Shown here: one piece after another, positions 41,505 through 51,624 of the stretch
How the letters are laid out: the number at the start of each line of letters is the position of its first letter
Position numbering within the stretch: position 1 is the first letter of the stretch
Assembly (NCBI GenBank): GCA_963819345.1
Contig: CAWFVX010000013.1
Coordinates: 22,852 to 86,851 of the forward strand
Direction: 5' to 3'
Length of the DNA stretch: 64,000 nt
DNA from: an uncultured Alphaproteobacteria bacterium
GTDB taxonomy: Bacteria; Pseudomonadota; Alphaproteobacteria; Acetobacterales; Acetobacteraceae
Made by a program: the position numbers and the translations under genes
The notes under the pieces: model-generated
What the model saw: only the letters and a program-made list of their open reading frames with translations
The model's database searches: none
What the model was told of the DNA's origin: nothing

Positions 41505-42641
41505 ATGACTAACACCGTCATCGCCGGCTATGCACGCTCGCCTTTCCATTTCGCGGGCAAGGGCGGACTGGCCAGGGTGCGTCCCGACGATCTGGCTGCG
41601 CAGGTGGTGCGGGCGTTGATTACCCGCACCGGCGTGAAACCCGAGGATATCGAGGACATCATTGTCGGCTGTGCGTTCCCGGAGGCCGAACAGGGGCTTA
41701 ACGTCGCCCGCCTGATCGGCTTGTTGGCGGACCTGCCGCTGTCAGTCGCTGGCGTCACCGTCAACCGGTTCTGTGGCTCGTCCATGCAGTCGATCCACAT
41801 CGCGGCCGGCCAGATCGCACTGGGCGCTGGGGACGTTTTCGTCTGCGCCGGTATCGAAAGCATGAGCCGCGTCCCGATGATGGGCTATAATCCGCTGATC
41901 AACCCAGCGCTGATGAAGTCGATGCCCGCCGCCTATATCGGCATGGGTGAGACTGCCGAGAATGTCGCTCGTAAATGGCAAATCCCTCGGTCCGAGCAAG
42001 AGGCGTTTGCGGTGCGCAGCCACCAGCGGGCGGCCGCTGGACTCGCCGCCGGCAACTTCAGCGACGAGATCGTGCCGATCGTCAGCAAGGGCGGTTCGGT
42101 CGATCAGGACGGCTGCATTCGTCCCGACACGACAGCGGAAGGCCTCGCCGGATTGAAGCCCGCGTTCGACAAGGACGGCACCGTAACAGCCGGCACCGCC
42201 TCGCCACTGACCGATGGGGCCGCCGCGGTGCTTGTGTGCAGCGAGGCCTACGCGGACAAGCACGGGCTGCAACCGCTCGCGCGGATCAAATCAATTGCGG
42301 TAGCCGGTTGCGCGCCGGAGATCATGGGCATCGGCCCGGTCGCCGCTACGAAGAAGGCGCTGGATCGCGCCGGCATCGAGATCGGGGCGATCGACGTGGT
42401 GGAACTCAACGAGGCTTTTGCCAGCCAGGCCATCGCCTGCGCCCGCGAGCTTGGCATCCGTGACGAGACCCTGAACATCGACGGCGGCGCGATCGCGCTT
42501 GGTCATCCGCTGGGGGCAACGGGAGCTCGCATCACCGGCAAAGCCGCGTCGTTACTCGCCCGTACGGGTGGTCGTTATGCGCTGGCGAGCCAGTGCATAG
42601 GCGGCGGCCAGGGCATCGCCACGATCCTGGAACGCGTGTGA
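41505..42641 (+). CDS. fadA: Acetyl-CoA C-acyltransferase (thiolase)
   Basis: Active-site NRFCGSSMQ, NEAFASQ, GGAIALGHPLGATG and CIGGGQG motifs; ATG 41505 after AGGGAGA. Confidence 0.9.
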   Translation: MTNTVIAGYARSPFHFAGKGGLARVRPDDLAAQVVRALITRTGVKPEDIEDIIVGCAFPEAEQGLNVARLIGLLADLPLSVAGVTVNRFCGSSMQSIHIAAGQIALGAGDVFVCAGIESMSRVPMMGYNPLINPALMKSMPAAYIGMGETAENVARKWQIPRSEQEAFAVRSHQRAAAGLAAGNFSDEIVPIVSKGGSVDQDGCIRPDTTAEGLAGLKPAFDKDGTVTAGTASPLTDGAAAVLVCSEAYADKHGLQPLARIKSIAVAGCAPEIMGIGPVAATKKALDRAGIEIGAIDVVELNEAFASQAIACARELGIRDETLNIDGGAIALGHPLGATGARITGKAASLLARTGGRYALASQCIGGGQGIATILERV

Positions 42642-44977
42642 TGGCCGACCCACTTCTCATAAGGAAAGTCGGGGTCATCGGCGCCGGCACGATGGGGGCC
42701 GGAATCGCCGCCCAGGTCGCCAATGCCGGCGTGCCCGTGGTGCTGCTCGATATCGTGCCGCCCGGCGCCAACAATCGCAATGCACTGGCCGAGGGCGCGA
42801 TCGCAAAAATGCGCAAGGCGGAACCGGCGGCGTTCATGCATGACGGCGCCCCCAGACTGATCGACACCGGCAACCTGGAAGACGATCTGGCAAAACTTGG
42901 CGACTGCGACTGGATTGTCGAAGCCGTGCTGGAGCGCACTGACATTAAGCAGGCCCTGTATCGCAAGCTGGAGGGCGTCCGCCGACCCGGCAGCGCAATT
43001 AGCTCCAACACCTCGACCATCGGCTTGAACGTGCTGACCGAGGGCACGAGCGAGGCGTTCCGCCACGACTTCCTGATCACTCATTTTTTCAACCCGCCGC
43101 GCTATATGCGGCTGCTGGAAATCGTTGCTGGGCCGGAGACCGCCCCCGAAACGGTCGCCGCGGTTGCTGCGTTCGCCGATGTTGCGCTGGGCAAGAGTGT
43201 CATCCGGTGCGAGGACAGCCCCGGCTTCATCGCCAACCGGCTCGGCATCTACTGGATCCAGGTGGCAGTGAACGAAGCGATTGAACTCGGCCTAACAGTC
43301 GAGGAAGCGGATGTCATTGTCGGCCGCCCGATGGGGATTCCGAAGACTGGCGTGTTCGGACTGATGGACCTCGTCGGGATCGATCTAGGACCGCACGTGA
43401 GTGCCTCGATGCGCGCTGTGCTGCCGAAGTCGGATGCATTCCACGGCGTCGATCGGGAACAGCCACTGATCGCCCGCATGATCGAGCAGGGGCTGACTGG
43501 TCGCAAAGGCAAGGGCGGATTCTATCGGCTGGATCGCTCCGGCGGCGGCCGAGCCAGGCTGGCGATCGATCTGAAGACGGGCGAATACCGGCCGGAACAG
43601 ACGCCTGTATTGCCCGAGGTCGAGGCGGCGACGCGGGATCTACGCGTACTGCTGTCCGCACCAGGAAAGGTCGGTGCTTACGCCTTTCGTGTTCTCGCGC
43701 AGACCATTGCTTACGCTGCGACGTTGGTCCCGGAGGCGGCCTCGTCCGTCTCCGACATCGATGAGGCGATGCGGCTGGGCTACAACTGGAAGTGGGGACC
43801 GTTCGAACTTGCCGACAAGCTTGGTTCGGCGTGGCTGGTCGAGCACCTAACCGCTGCGGACCTAGTGGTGCCGAGGCTGCTGGCGGACGCAGCTGGGAAG
43901 AGCTTTTATCGTTTCGAAGGTGGCAAGCGTCAGTTTCTAGGCACCGATGGCGCCTACTATGACATCGTCCGCGCACCGGGAGTGCTGCTGCTCGAGGACA
44001 TCAAGCTCCAGTCCAAAGCCGTGCTGAGGAATAGCTCCGCGGCGCTGTGGGATATCGGCGATGGAGTCGCATGTTTTGAGTTCACCTCAAAGTCCAATGC
44101 CATCGACGACAAGATCATCGAGCTTCTCGGCAAGTCGATCGACGTTGTCGGACAGAAATTCAAGGCTTTAGTGATCTACAACGAGGGCAGCAACTTTTCG
44201 CTCGGTGCCAATCTGGGCCTGGCGTTATTCGCCGCCAACATTGCCGCGTGGGGCGAGATCGACAAGTCGATCGCTGCCGGTCAGAAGACCTACAAGGCAC
44301 TGAAATATTCTCCCTTCCCTGTCGTCGCGGCTCCGGCCGGCATGGCGCTAGGTGGCGGCTGCGAGATCGTGCTGCACGCCGACGCGGTGCAGGCGCATGC
44401 CGAAACGTATATTGGCCTGGTTGAATGCGGCGTCGGCCTGATCCCTGGCTGGGGCGGTTGCGGCGAGATGCTGGCTCGCTGGCGGGCGGAGCCGAAGCTG
44501 CCACGCGGCCCGATGCCGGCGCCCGCGAAGGTGTTCGAGGGGATCAGCACGGCGGACGTCTCGAAGTCGGCGCACCAGGCGATGGAAACGAAGTTCCTGC
44601 GCGAGACCGACGGCATCAGCATGAACCGCGACCGTGTGCTCGCGGACGCCAAGCAACGAGCTTTGTCGATGGTTGATGGTTACACGCCGCCAAAGCCGCC
44701 GGAGTTCGTGCTGCCGGGACCATCCGGCCGAGCGGGGTTGTATGCGGCGGCCGAGGGGTTCCGGCGGCGGGGAATTGCGACGGACCACGATCTGGTCGTC
44801 GCCGATGCACTGGCCGAGGTTCTATCCGGCGGCGGCGATACCGACATTATCGATACGGTGACAGAGCAACAAATGCTCGACCTGGAGCGGAAGGCATTCA
44901 TGCGGCTGGCCCGCACTGCGCCCACACTGGCAAGGATCGAGTATACGCTGGAAACCGGCAAGCCGTTACGGAATTAG
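42641..44977 (+). CDS. 3-hydroxyacyl-CoA dehydrogenase fused to a C-terminal enoyl-CoA hydratase-like domain
   Basis: VGVIGAGTMGAGIA NAD motif at the N-terminus; crotonase-like GMALGGGCEIVLHAD in the C-terminal third; TGATG junction with the thiolase gene. Confidence 0.85.
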   Translation: MADPLLIRKVGVIGAGTMGAGIAAQVANAGVPVVLLDIVPPGANNRNALAEGAIAKMRKAEPAAFMHDGAPRLIDTGNLEDDLAKLGDCDWIVEAVLERTDIKQALYRKLEGVRRPGSAISSNTSTIGLNVLTEGTSEAFRHDFLITHFFNPPRYMRLLEIVAGPETAPETVAAVAAFADVALGKSVIRCEDSPGFIANRLGIYWIQVAVNEAIELGLTVEEADVIVGRPMGIPKTGVFGLMDLVGIDLGPHVSASMRAVLPKSDAFHGVDREQPLIARMIEQGLTGRKGKGGFYRLDRSGGGRARLAIDLKTGEYRPEQTPVLPEVEAATRDLRVLLSAPGKVGAYAFRVLAQTIAYAATLVPEAASSVSDIDEAMRLGYNWKWGPFELADKLGSAWLVEHLTAADLVVPRLLADAAGKSFYRFEGGKRQFLGTDGAYYDIVRAPGVLLLEDIKLQSKAVLRNSSAALWDIGDGVACFEFTSKSNAIDDKIIELLGKSIDVVGQKFKALVIYNEGSNFSLGANLGLALFAANIAAWGEIDKSIAAGQKTYKALKYSPFPVVAAPAGMALGGGCEIVLHADAVQAHAETYIGLVECGVGLIPGWGGCGEMLARWRAEPKLPRGPMPAPAKVFEGISTADVSKSAHQAMETKFLRETDGISMNRDRVLADAKQRALSMVDGYTPPKPPEFVLPGPSGRAGLYAAAEGFRRRGIATDHDLVVADALAEVLSGGGDTDIIDTVTEQQMLDLERKAFMRLARTAPTLARIEYTLETGKPLRN

Positions 44978-45041
44978 GATGTTCCCAACCTCACTTTTTC
45001 GGGGATGAACTTGGCGACAAACTCTCAGAAAAGGGCACCGA

Positions 45042-46832
45042 ATGCAGACCTATAAAGCGCCTCTGCGCGACATGCGGTTCGTGCTGCATGAACTGCACGA
45101 CAGCGGCGCCCTGAGCCGGCTTCGCGGCCTTGAGGACGTCTCCCCTGAGCTGATGGACCACATTCTGGAGGAAGCCGCCAAGGTCGCGGAGGAAGTTCTG
45201 CTGCCGATCAACACATCGGGCGATGAGGCCGGCTGCGTGCTGGAAAACGGTGTCGTCCGCACGCCCAAGGGCTTCAAGGAAGCCTACGACACGTTTCGCC
45301 AGGGTGGCTGGACCGCGCTTTCCGCTGATCCGCGCTACGGCGGACAAGGTCTGCCGGAGAGCCTGAACAAGCTGGTTGAGGAGATGTCGTGCTCCGCCAA
45401 TCTCGCCTTTGGTCTGTATCCGGGGCTCACGCATGGCGCCTGCCAGGCAATCGCCAGTCACGCCCGTGACGAACTGAAAGACACCTATCTTCCCAAGATG
45501 GTTGACGGCACCTGGTCGGGCACCATGTGCCTGACCGAGGCGCATTGCGGCACCGACCTCGGCATGCTGCGCACCCGCGCAGTGCCCCAGGCGGATGGCA
45601 GCTACCGGGTCAGCGGGTCGAAAATATTCATCAGTGCCGGCGAGCACGACCTGACGGAGAACATCATCCATCTGGTGCTGGCTCGACTACCCGACGCACC
45701 ACCCGGGACGCGCGGCATCAGCCTGTTTCTCGTGCCGAAATTTATCCCGACGACCGACGGCCGCCCTGGCGCTCGCAACGGCGTTTTATGCACCGCGCTG
45801 GAGCATAAGATGGGGATCAAGGGCTCATCCACCTGTCAGTTGACGTTCGAGGATGCGACCGGATGGCTGATCGGCCAGCCGAACAGAGGCCTCGCCTGCA
45901 TGTTCACCATGATGAACAGCGAGCGCCTGTCAGTCGGAATTCAAGGTCTTGGCGCGGCCGAAACCAGCTACCAAAGCGCAGTCGTCTACGCCCGCGAACG
46001 CATCCAGGGCCGCAGCCTGAGCGGCGCCAAGGCCACCGACAAAGCAGCCGACCCGATCATTGTCCACCCCGACGTACGCCGCATGCTACTGACGATTCGC
46101 TCCTACACCGAGGGCTGCCGAGCCTTGGGGGGCTGGGTCGCTCGGGAGCTCGACGAGATGGAGCGGTCGGATGATCCCGACGCTCGCAAGCGTGCAGCGG
46201 ATTTCACTGCATTGATGACGCCGATCGTGAAAGCGCTGTTCACCGATCTCGGGTTCGAGGCGACCAATATCGGCATGCAGGTATACGGCGGTCATGGCTA
46301 CATCCGCGCAAACGGAATGGAACAGCTTGTCCGCGATGCCCGGATTTCGATGATCTACGAGGGCACCAACGGCGTGCAGGCTTTGGATCTGGTCGGCCGC
46401 AAGTTGCCGGTGGGCGCAGGGCGGATGCTGCGGACATTCTTCCATCCGGTTAGTGAGTTCATCGAACGAAACAGCGATCACAAGCAACTCGGGGATATGA
46501 TCAAGGGATTCGGTAAAGCCTTTGGAGCGTTGCAACTCGCGACGGCGGAGATCGCGGCAAAGGGGAGCGCGGATCCCGAGGAAGCCGGCGCCGCCGCGAC
46601 AGAATACCTGCGACTATTTGGCCTAGTGGCTCTGGGCTTTATGTGGGTTCGAGCGGCGGTCATCGCCGTGGAGAAACTGGCACGTCCGGATGCCGACGCC
46701 GCGTTCTACAAGGCCAAAATCACCACGGCCCAGTTCTTTATGGAGCGGGTACTACCGCAGGTCGGCGGATTACTGGTCGCGATCAAGGCTGGCAAGGGCG
46801 CAATGATGGAGATGCGGGAGGAGGCTTTCTAA
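45042..46832 (+). CDS. Acyl-CoA dehydrogenase (long, FadE-like)
   Basis: 596-aa ORF; CLTEAHCGTDLG, GSKIFISAGEHD and YEGTNGVQALDLVGRK motifs. Confidence 0.9.
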   Translation: MQTYKAPLRDMRFVLHELHDSGALSRLRGLEDVSPELMDHILEEAAKVAEEVLLPINTSGDEAGCVLENGVVRTPKGFKEAYDTFRQGGWTALSADPRYGGQGLPESLNKLVEEMSCSANLAFGLYPGLTHGACQAIASHARDELKDTYLPKMVDGTWSGTMCLTEAHCGTDLGMLRTRAVPQADGSYRVSGSKIFISAGEHDLTENIIHLVLARLPDAPPGTRGISLFLVPKFIPTTDGRPGARNGVLCTALEHKMGIKGSSTCQLTFEDATGWLIGQPNRGLACMFTMMNSERLSVGIQGLGAAETSYQSAVVYARERIQGRSLSGAKATDKAADPIIVHPDVRRMLLTIRSYTEGCRALGGWVARELDEMERSDDPDARKRAADFTALMTPIVKALFTDLGFEATNIGMQVYGGHGYIRANGMEQLVRDARISMIYEGTNGVQALDLVGRKLPVGAGRMLRTFFHPVSEFIERNSDHKQLGDMIKGFGKAFGALQLATAEIAAKGSADPEEAGAAATEYLRLFGLVALGFMWVRAAVIAVEKLARPDADAAFYKAKITTAQFFMERVLPQVGGLLVAIKAGKGAMMEMREEAF

Positions 46833-46884
46833 AGCGGAAAAAATTGCTGCTCGTCTGCGAGCGTCGCCGGCGACCCGCCGGGTG

Positions 46885-47775
46885 TCAGTCACGCGACATG
46901 GACAGTCCCGCGAGAAGCGGAGCGTACGCGGCGAGCCTGCGGGATACGAACTCCGTGAAGAGCCGGACGCGTTTCGTCTTGCGCGTCTCCCCCTGCGTGA
47001 GAAGCCAGAGCGTTCCAAGCATGTGCAGGTCGGTGCCCGGCACCCTCATCAATTGGGGGTCGGCATCTCCGACGAAGCAATCCAGCGTCGCCATGCCAAG
47101 CCCCTGCCTTACCGCGACGATTTGCGCCTCGCCGTCCGTGGTCCTGAACTGAAGCCCGGTGGCGCGAACCCCACCCTTGCTGGCCCAATCCGGGATCGCA
47201 TGACTGCTTATGACGATCCAGCGGATGGGTGCACCCGGACGCCATGCGGCTAGTCGATCGCAGGACATGTAGACGCCGCCGAACAGCTCCGGTCCCTTCA
47301 GTCCGTGAAGATTGAGCGGCAGGGTTTTGCGGTCGTAGACGACGCGAATCGCTACATCGGCCTCTCGGTTGGTCAGATTGGCCAGCTCGCCAGAGGACAA
47401 GATTTCCATCTCGATGTCCGGATGCAGACACGCGAAATCGGCGAAGTCCTTCATGAGCAGGTGTGTCGCGAGGGTCGGAGCCAACGTCACCCGCAGCAGC
47501 CCGCGCACATTCTGGTCGCGCCCGAAGACACGCGTCTCCAGCTGGTGCGACGACGCTTCCATCTGATTCGCGAGCTCCAGGACCTCCTCACCTGCTTCCG
47601 TCATGCGGTAGCCAGAAGGCAGCTTTTCGAACATGTGCGCCCCGAGGCGTTCCTCGAGCTGAGCGATGCGTCGCAGCACGGTCGAGTGATTCACCCCGAG
47701 GCGCCCGGCGGCAGCCCGCACTGAGCCTCCGCGTGCGACAGCAAGAAAATACCGAACGTCATCCCAGTCGATCAT
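46885..47775 (-). CDS. LysR-family transcriptional regulator
   Basis: HTH WDDVRYFLAVARGGSVRAAAGRLGVNHSTVLRRI; trimmed to ATG 47775; divergent from the SDR cluster. Confidence 0.88.
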   Translation of the reverse strand: MIDWDDVRYFLAVARGGSVRAAAGRLGVNHSTVLRRIAQLEERLGAHMFEKLPSGYRMTEAGEEVLELANQMEASSHQLETRVFGRDQNVRGLLRVTLAPTLATHLLMKDFADFACLHPDIEMEILSSGELANLTNREADVAIRVVYDRKTLPLNLHGLKGPELFGGVYMSCDRLAAWRPGAPIRWIVISSHAIPDWASKGGVRATGLQFRTTDGEAQIVAVRQGLGMATLDCFVGDADPQLMRVPGTDLHMLGTLWLLTQGETRKTKRVRLFTEFVSRRLAAYAPLLAGLSMSRD

Positions 47776-48051
47776 GGTGCAATCCAGCACCGCGCGGTGC
47801 GCCTTCCAAATCCCGTCCCCAACACATCGAACAACAGCAGGGGCGTTCAACATACCTTACGTCGATGGGCGCGGCCTAATTTCCGAACGGCGGAGAGCGA
47901 TCGTGGCGGCTGGCGTCATTCGTCCACCCGGATCAATTTCGCACCACCGATGTGCACGCTTCCGCACTCAACGCCCGACCTCGGCCGACTTACCTCCAGG
48001 CTCTCGGGGTTCTTCCCGAACGATCAAAGGCAGAGCCCGAAAGGAAAACTC

Positions 48052-48786
48052 ATGGGAAAGCTAGACGGCAAGGTTGCGGTCGTCACGGGTGGCGCTACCG
48101 GCATCGGCCGCGCCGCAGCGAAGCGCTTCATCGAGGAGGGCGCCTTCGTCTTCATCTTTGGCCGCAGGCAGGAAGCGCTCGACGCTGCTGTAGCCGCCCT
48201 CGGGCCCAATGCCCGCGCGGTGAAGGGCTCGGTCTCGGATGAGGCCGACCTCGACCAACTCTACGCGGCGGTCAGGGCCGAGCGCGGAACCATCGACATC
48301 GTCTTCGCCAATGCCGGGGCGGGAACCCAGCTTCGGCTCGGCGAGATCACCGCCGAGCACATTGACGAAACCTTCGACACCAATGTGAAAGGTACGATCT
48401 TCACGGTCCAGAAGGCGCTGCCGCTGATGGGCGAGGGCGGTTCGATCATCCTGACTGGATCGAGCGGCGGCACCACGGGCGCCCCCGCAATGAGCGCCTA
48501 CAGCGCGAGCAAGGCGGCAGTGCGCAACCTCGCGCGGACCTGGGCGGAGGACCTGAAGGGCACCGGCATCCGGGTGAACGTGCTGTCTCCCGGGGCCACG
48601 GCGACCGAACTCGCGAAGGAAGCGCTGGGTGAGGAGGGCCAGAAGGTGTTCGCCTCTATGACCCCGCTGCAGCGCATGGCCGATCCGGCAGAGATCGGGG
48701 CCGTGGCCGCCTTTCTAGCATCGCCAGACAGCAGCTTCATGACCGCCAGCGAGGTCGCCGTCGACGGCGGCCTGGCGCAACTCTGA
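48052..48786 (+). CDS. SDR-family oxidoreductase
   Basis: VVTGGATGIGRA and YSASKAA motifs; trimmed to ATG 48052. Confidence 0.85.
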   Translation: MGKLDGKVAVVTGGATGIGRAAAKRFIEEGAFVFIFGRRQEALDAAVAALGPNARAVKGSVSDEADLDQLYAAVRAERGTIDIVFANAGAGTQLRLGEITAEHIDETFDTNVKGTIFTVQKALPLMGEGGSIILTGSSGGTTGAPAMSAYSASKAAVRNLARTWAEDLKGTGIRVNVLSPGATATELAKEALGEEGQKVFASMTPLQRMADPAEIGAVAAFLASPDSSFMTASEVAVDGGLAQL

Positions 48787-48836
48787 CCCCGGCGCGGTCC
48801 CGGCCTGGTTCACATACAACGAAGGATAAAGAGATT

Positions 48837-49589
48837 ATGAAAAAGCTAGAAGGTAAGGTCGCAGTCATCACGGGCGGAAGCAGCGGGATTGGGCTGGCCA
48901 CAGCCAAGCGCTTCGTTGAAGAAGGTGCGCACGTCGTCATTACCGGGCGACGAGAGAAAGAGCTGAAGGAGGCCGCAGCCTTCATCAAGGGAAATGCTAC
49001 GACGGTCGTGGGCGACGTGTCGCGCTTGGAAGATCTGGACCGGCTCTATGCCGTCGTGAAAGAGAAACATGGTCACATCGACATTCTCTTCGCGAACGCG
49101 GGTGCGGGGACAATCGCACCGCTCGCGGTAGCTACTGAGGCCCATTTTGACCAGACCTTCGATGTGAACGTGAAGGGGCTGTTTTTTACGGTGCAGAAGG
49201 CCCTTCCCCTCTTCAAAGACGGCGGTTCGATTATCCTGAACTCTTCAGTCTCGAACGTGTTGGGGGTGCCAGGGTTTAGCGCCTACGCCGCGAGTAAGGC
49301 GGCTGTGCGCAACTTCTCACGCGCTTGGACCCTGGAGCTGAAAGACCGCAAAATCCGCGTGAATGCGATGAGCCCCGGACCAATCGAGACCCCCGCCTTG
49401 GAGACAACAACGGGCCTCACCCCTGACCAGGCCGAGCAAGCGGCCGCCCAGTTTGCTTCACAGATCCCAATGGGTCGCAGGGGCAAGCCAGAGGAAATCG
49501 CGGCTGCCGTCACGTTCCTCGGCTCCGATGAAAGTTCTTTCATCACCGGCGTGGATCTCGCTGTCGATGGAGGCATGGCGCAGGTCTGA
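48837..49589 (+). CDS. SDR-family oxidoreductase (tandem paralogue)
   Basis: VITGGSSGIGLA and YAASKAA motifs; aligns along its full length with the upstream SDR. Confidence 0.88.
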   Translation: MKKLEGKVAVITGGSSGIGLATAKRFVEEGAHVVITGRREKELKEAAAFIKGNATTVVGDVSRLEDLDRLYAVVKEKHGHIDILFANAGAGTIAPLAVATEAHFDQTFDVNVKGLFFTVQKALPLFKDGGSIILNSSVSNVLGVPGFSAYAASKAAVRNFSRAWTLELKDRKIRVNAMSPGPIETPALETTTGLTPDQAEQAAAQFASQIPMGRRGKPEEIAAAVTFLGSDESSFITGVDLAVDGGMAQV

Positions 49590-49619
49590 CCCCGGCGTTA
49601 ACAACATCGGAGAAACATT

Positions 49620-50222
49620 ATGAGCTATTCGATTGTAGGATTCGGCAATATCGGCCAGGCTCTTGCTAAGGCGTTTGCCCGAAAGGACATCGAAGTTTCC
49701 GTTGCAACCACGCGCGACCCGGAAAGCTTTGCAGCCGATGCCGCCGCGATCGGACCCACGATCATTCCCAAAAAGCTGGGGGACGCGGTCAAGGCGGACA
49801 TCATCTTTTTGGCTGTTCGTTTCGCGTCGCACCCGGATGTTGCAAAGGCGCTCCCCAGCTGGCAGGGCAAGACGATCATCGATGTGACCAACGCCTACGG
49901 CATACCCCCTGAGGAACTGGGAGGACAGCCTTCTTCCAAGTTCATCGCCCGGGCCTTCGGTGCTACAAGGCTGGTCAAGGGCTTCAACCATTTGATCGCT
50001 GCCACTCTTGGCCAAGATCCGGGCGTGCATGGTGGCAGGAAAGTCGTGTTCCTGGCGAGCGACGATGACGCTGCCGCAGCGGAGATTGGTGCGCTCGCGG
50101 AAGATCTCGGTTTCTCGCCGATCAAACTTGGCGGGCTGTCGGAAGGTGGGCTGCTAGTCCAGGCGCGCGGAAATAGCTGGGGTCATCTGATCTTTAAGGA
50201 CCTGATCAAGTTCGGCGAATGA
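49620..50222 (+). CDS. NADP oxidoreductase, F420-dependent-reductase-like (NAD(P)-binding)
   Basis: N-terminal IVGFGNIGQALA dinucleotide fold; 200 aa. Confidence 0.65.
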   Translation: MSYSIVGFGNIGQALAKAFARKDIEVSVATTRDPESFAADAAAIGPTIIPKKLGDAVKADIIFLAVRFASHPDVAKALPSWQGKTIIDVTNAYGIPPEELGGQPSSKFIARAFGATRLVKGFNHLIAATLGQDPGVHGGRKVVFLASDDDAAAAEIGALAEDLGFSPIKLGGLSEGGLLVQARGNSWGHLIFKDLIKFGE

Positions 50223-50303
50223 ACACGACGTGCCCACCGGCAGGGCCGCGATGCGAGGATCGTATCTACCACGATCCAATCCGAGTAAAGTGGAGTAATT
50301 CCC

Positions 50304-50717
50304 ATGAGCATTGAGAAGAACATCCAGACCGTGAAGGACTTCTTCGCCGCGATCGGCTGCGGCGACAGGGAGGCTCTGCTGGCGCTGGTCGCCGAAGACA
50401 TCGAGTGGATCATTCCGGGCGAGGACTGGCCGCTCGCCGGAACGCACCGCGGACACGCGGGGTTGGTGAAATTGCTGGAGACGGCATCCAAGTTGATAGA
50501 AACGTCTACAGAACCCCGGGAGTTTATTGCGCAAGGAGACCGGGTCCTGGTCGTCGGCTTCGCGAGGGGAAAGATCAAAGCCACAAACAAGACGTTCGAG
50601 GACAACTGGATCTTCGCCATTACAGTCCGCGACGGCAAACTCACCAACATCCGGGAATACGTCGACACCCAAGCACTGGCCCGGGCCTCGCAGATGGACG
50701 CGTCCGGGCCGGCGTAG
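50304..50717 (+). CDS. SnoaL/NTF2-like (ketosteroid-isomerase fold) protein
   Basis: 137-aa ORF; typical pattern VKDFFAAIGCGD...DIEWIIPG...NIREYVD. Confidence 0.65.
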   Translation: MSIEKNIQTVKDFFAAIGCGDREALLALVAEDIEWIIPGEDWPLAGTHRGHAGLVKLLETASKLIETSTEPREFIAQGDRVLVVGFARGKIKATNKTFEDNWIFAITVRDGKLTNIREYVDTQALARASQMDASGPA

Positions 50718-50750
50718 CGCTGGCCAACTGCGGCCATAAAGGAGATCCCC

Positions 50751-51375
50751 ATGTACGACCAACCCAAGCTGCCCGATTTGATCCGGTTCGCACGCTTCGA
50801 TGCGGGCTCCACCGTCATCGACGTTTACCCGGGCGACGGCGACTGGACCCGTCTCTTCTCCGACATCGTGGGACCCGAAGGACGGGTCTACAGCTTCGTG
50901 CCAGCTGAAGTCGCCCACTTCAAGAACGATCCGGTCGGCCGCATGCGGACGCCTGCGAAGGAGCCGGGCCGAGAGAACGTCGAAGCCGTCTCGGCGGACC
51001 TCCTGGCGATGCCGGAGGCCACGCAACCAGCGGATGTCCTGTGGCTGCACCTGTTTTACCATGACCTCCACACCGCACTGATCCAGGCAAGAGGCGCGAC
51101 GGCAGCCGACTTCAATCGAGCCGTCTACGAGCGGCTGAAACCCGGTGGATCCTACGCCATAGTCGACCGACGCCGCCGCCGTCGGGCCGGCACGAGCGAC
51201 GCCCAGTCGCTGCATCGGATCAAGCCTGCATCCGTGGGCGAGGAGTTGGAGACGGCCGGCTTCGTATTCGACGCGGAAAGCACCGTGCTCGCGAACAAGG
51301 ACGATCCATCACTCGATCAAGGTGTTCGATCCCTCGATCAAGGGCGAGACCGATCGCTTCGCCTATCGGTTGTGA
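50751..51375 (+). pseudogene. Class I SAM-dependent methyltransferase-like protein, C-terminus frame-disrupted
   Basis: VIDVYPGDGDWTRLF SAM-like motif; after ..ANKDDP (about 51308) the family-typical tail HSIKVFDPSIKGETDRFAYRL continues in another frame to TGA 51373-51375; a suspicious DRRRRRRAG run lies at 51162-51200. Confidence 0.55.
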
Positions 51376-51624
51376 AGCTCTGACAGCGAGTCATCCGCCC
51401 TACAGAAGAGGCCAGCTCATGCAAGCCTGAAAGGAGTTACGACTTCGACACAGCCGCGCCCGGGTATGGGAGTACATGCAGACTAAGTCATGATCCCGAG
51501 GTCCGGAAGGGGCCGTCGGACGGTGAACCGTCACATGGGCTCGGATTCTAGGAAACGCTTTACCGCTGTTGTCGCGTCGTGACCTCGCAGCGGACGACCT
51601 CCACCTCTTGCACCCACGCGCCGC

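Noticed and set aside
50154-51215. 353-aa minus-strand ORF spanning three plus-strand genes
   Set aside because: It crosses the intergenic spacers of the SnoaL-like and methyltransferase genes and has no motifs. The plus-strand genes have good starts and recognisable folds.
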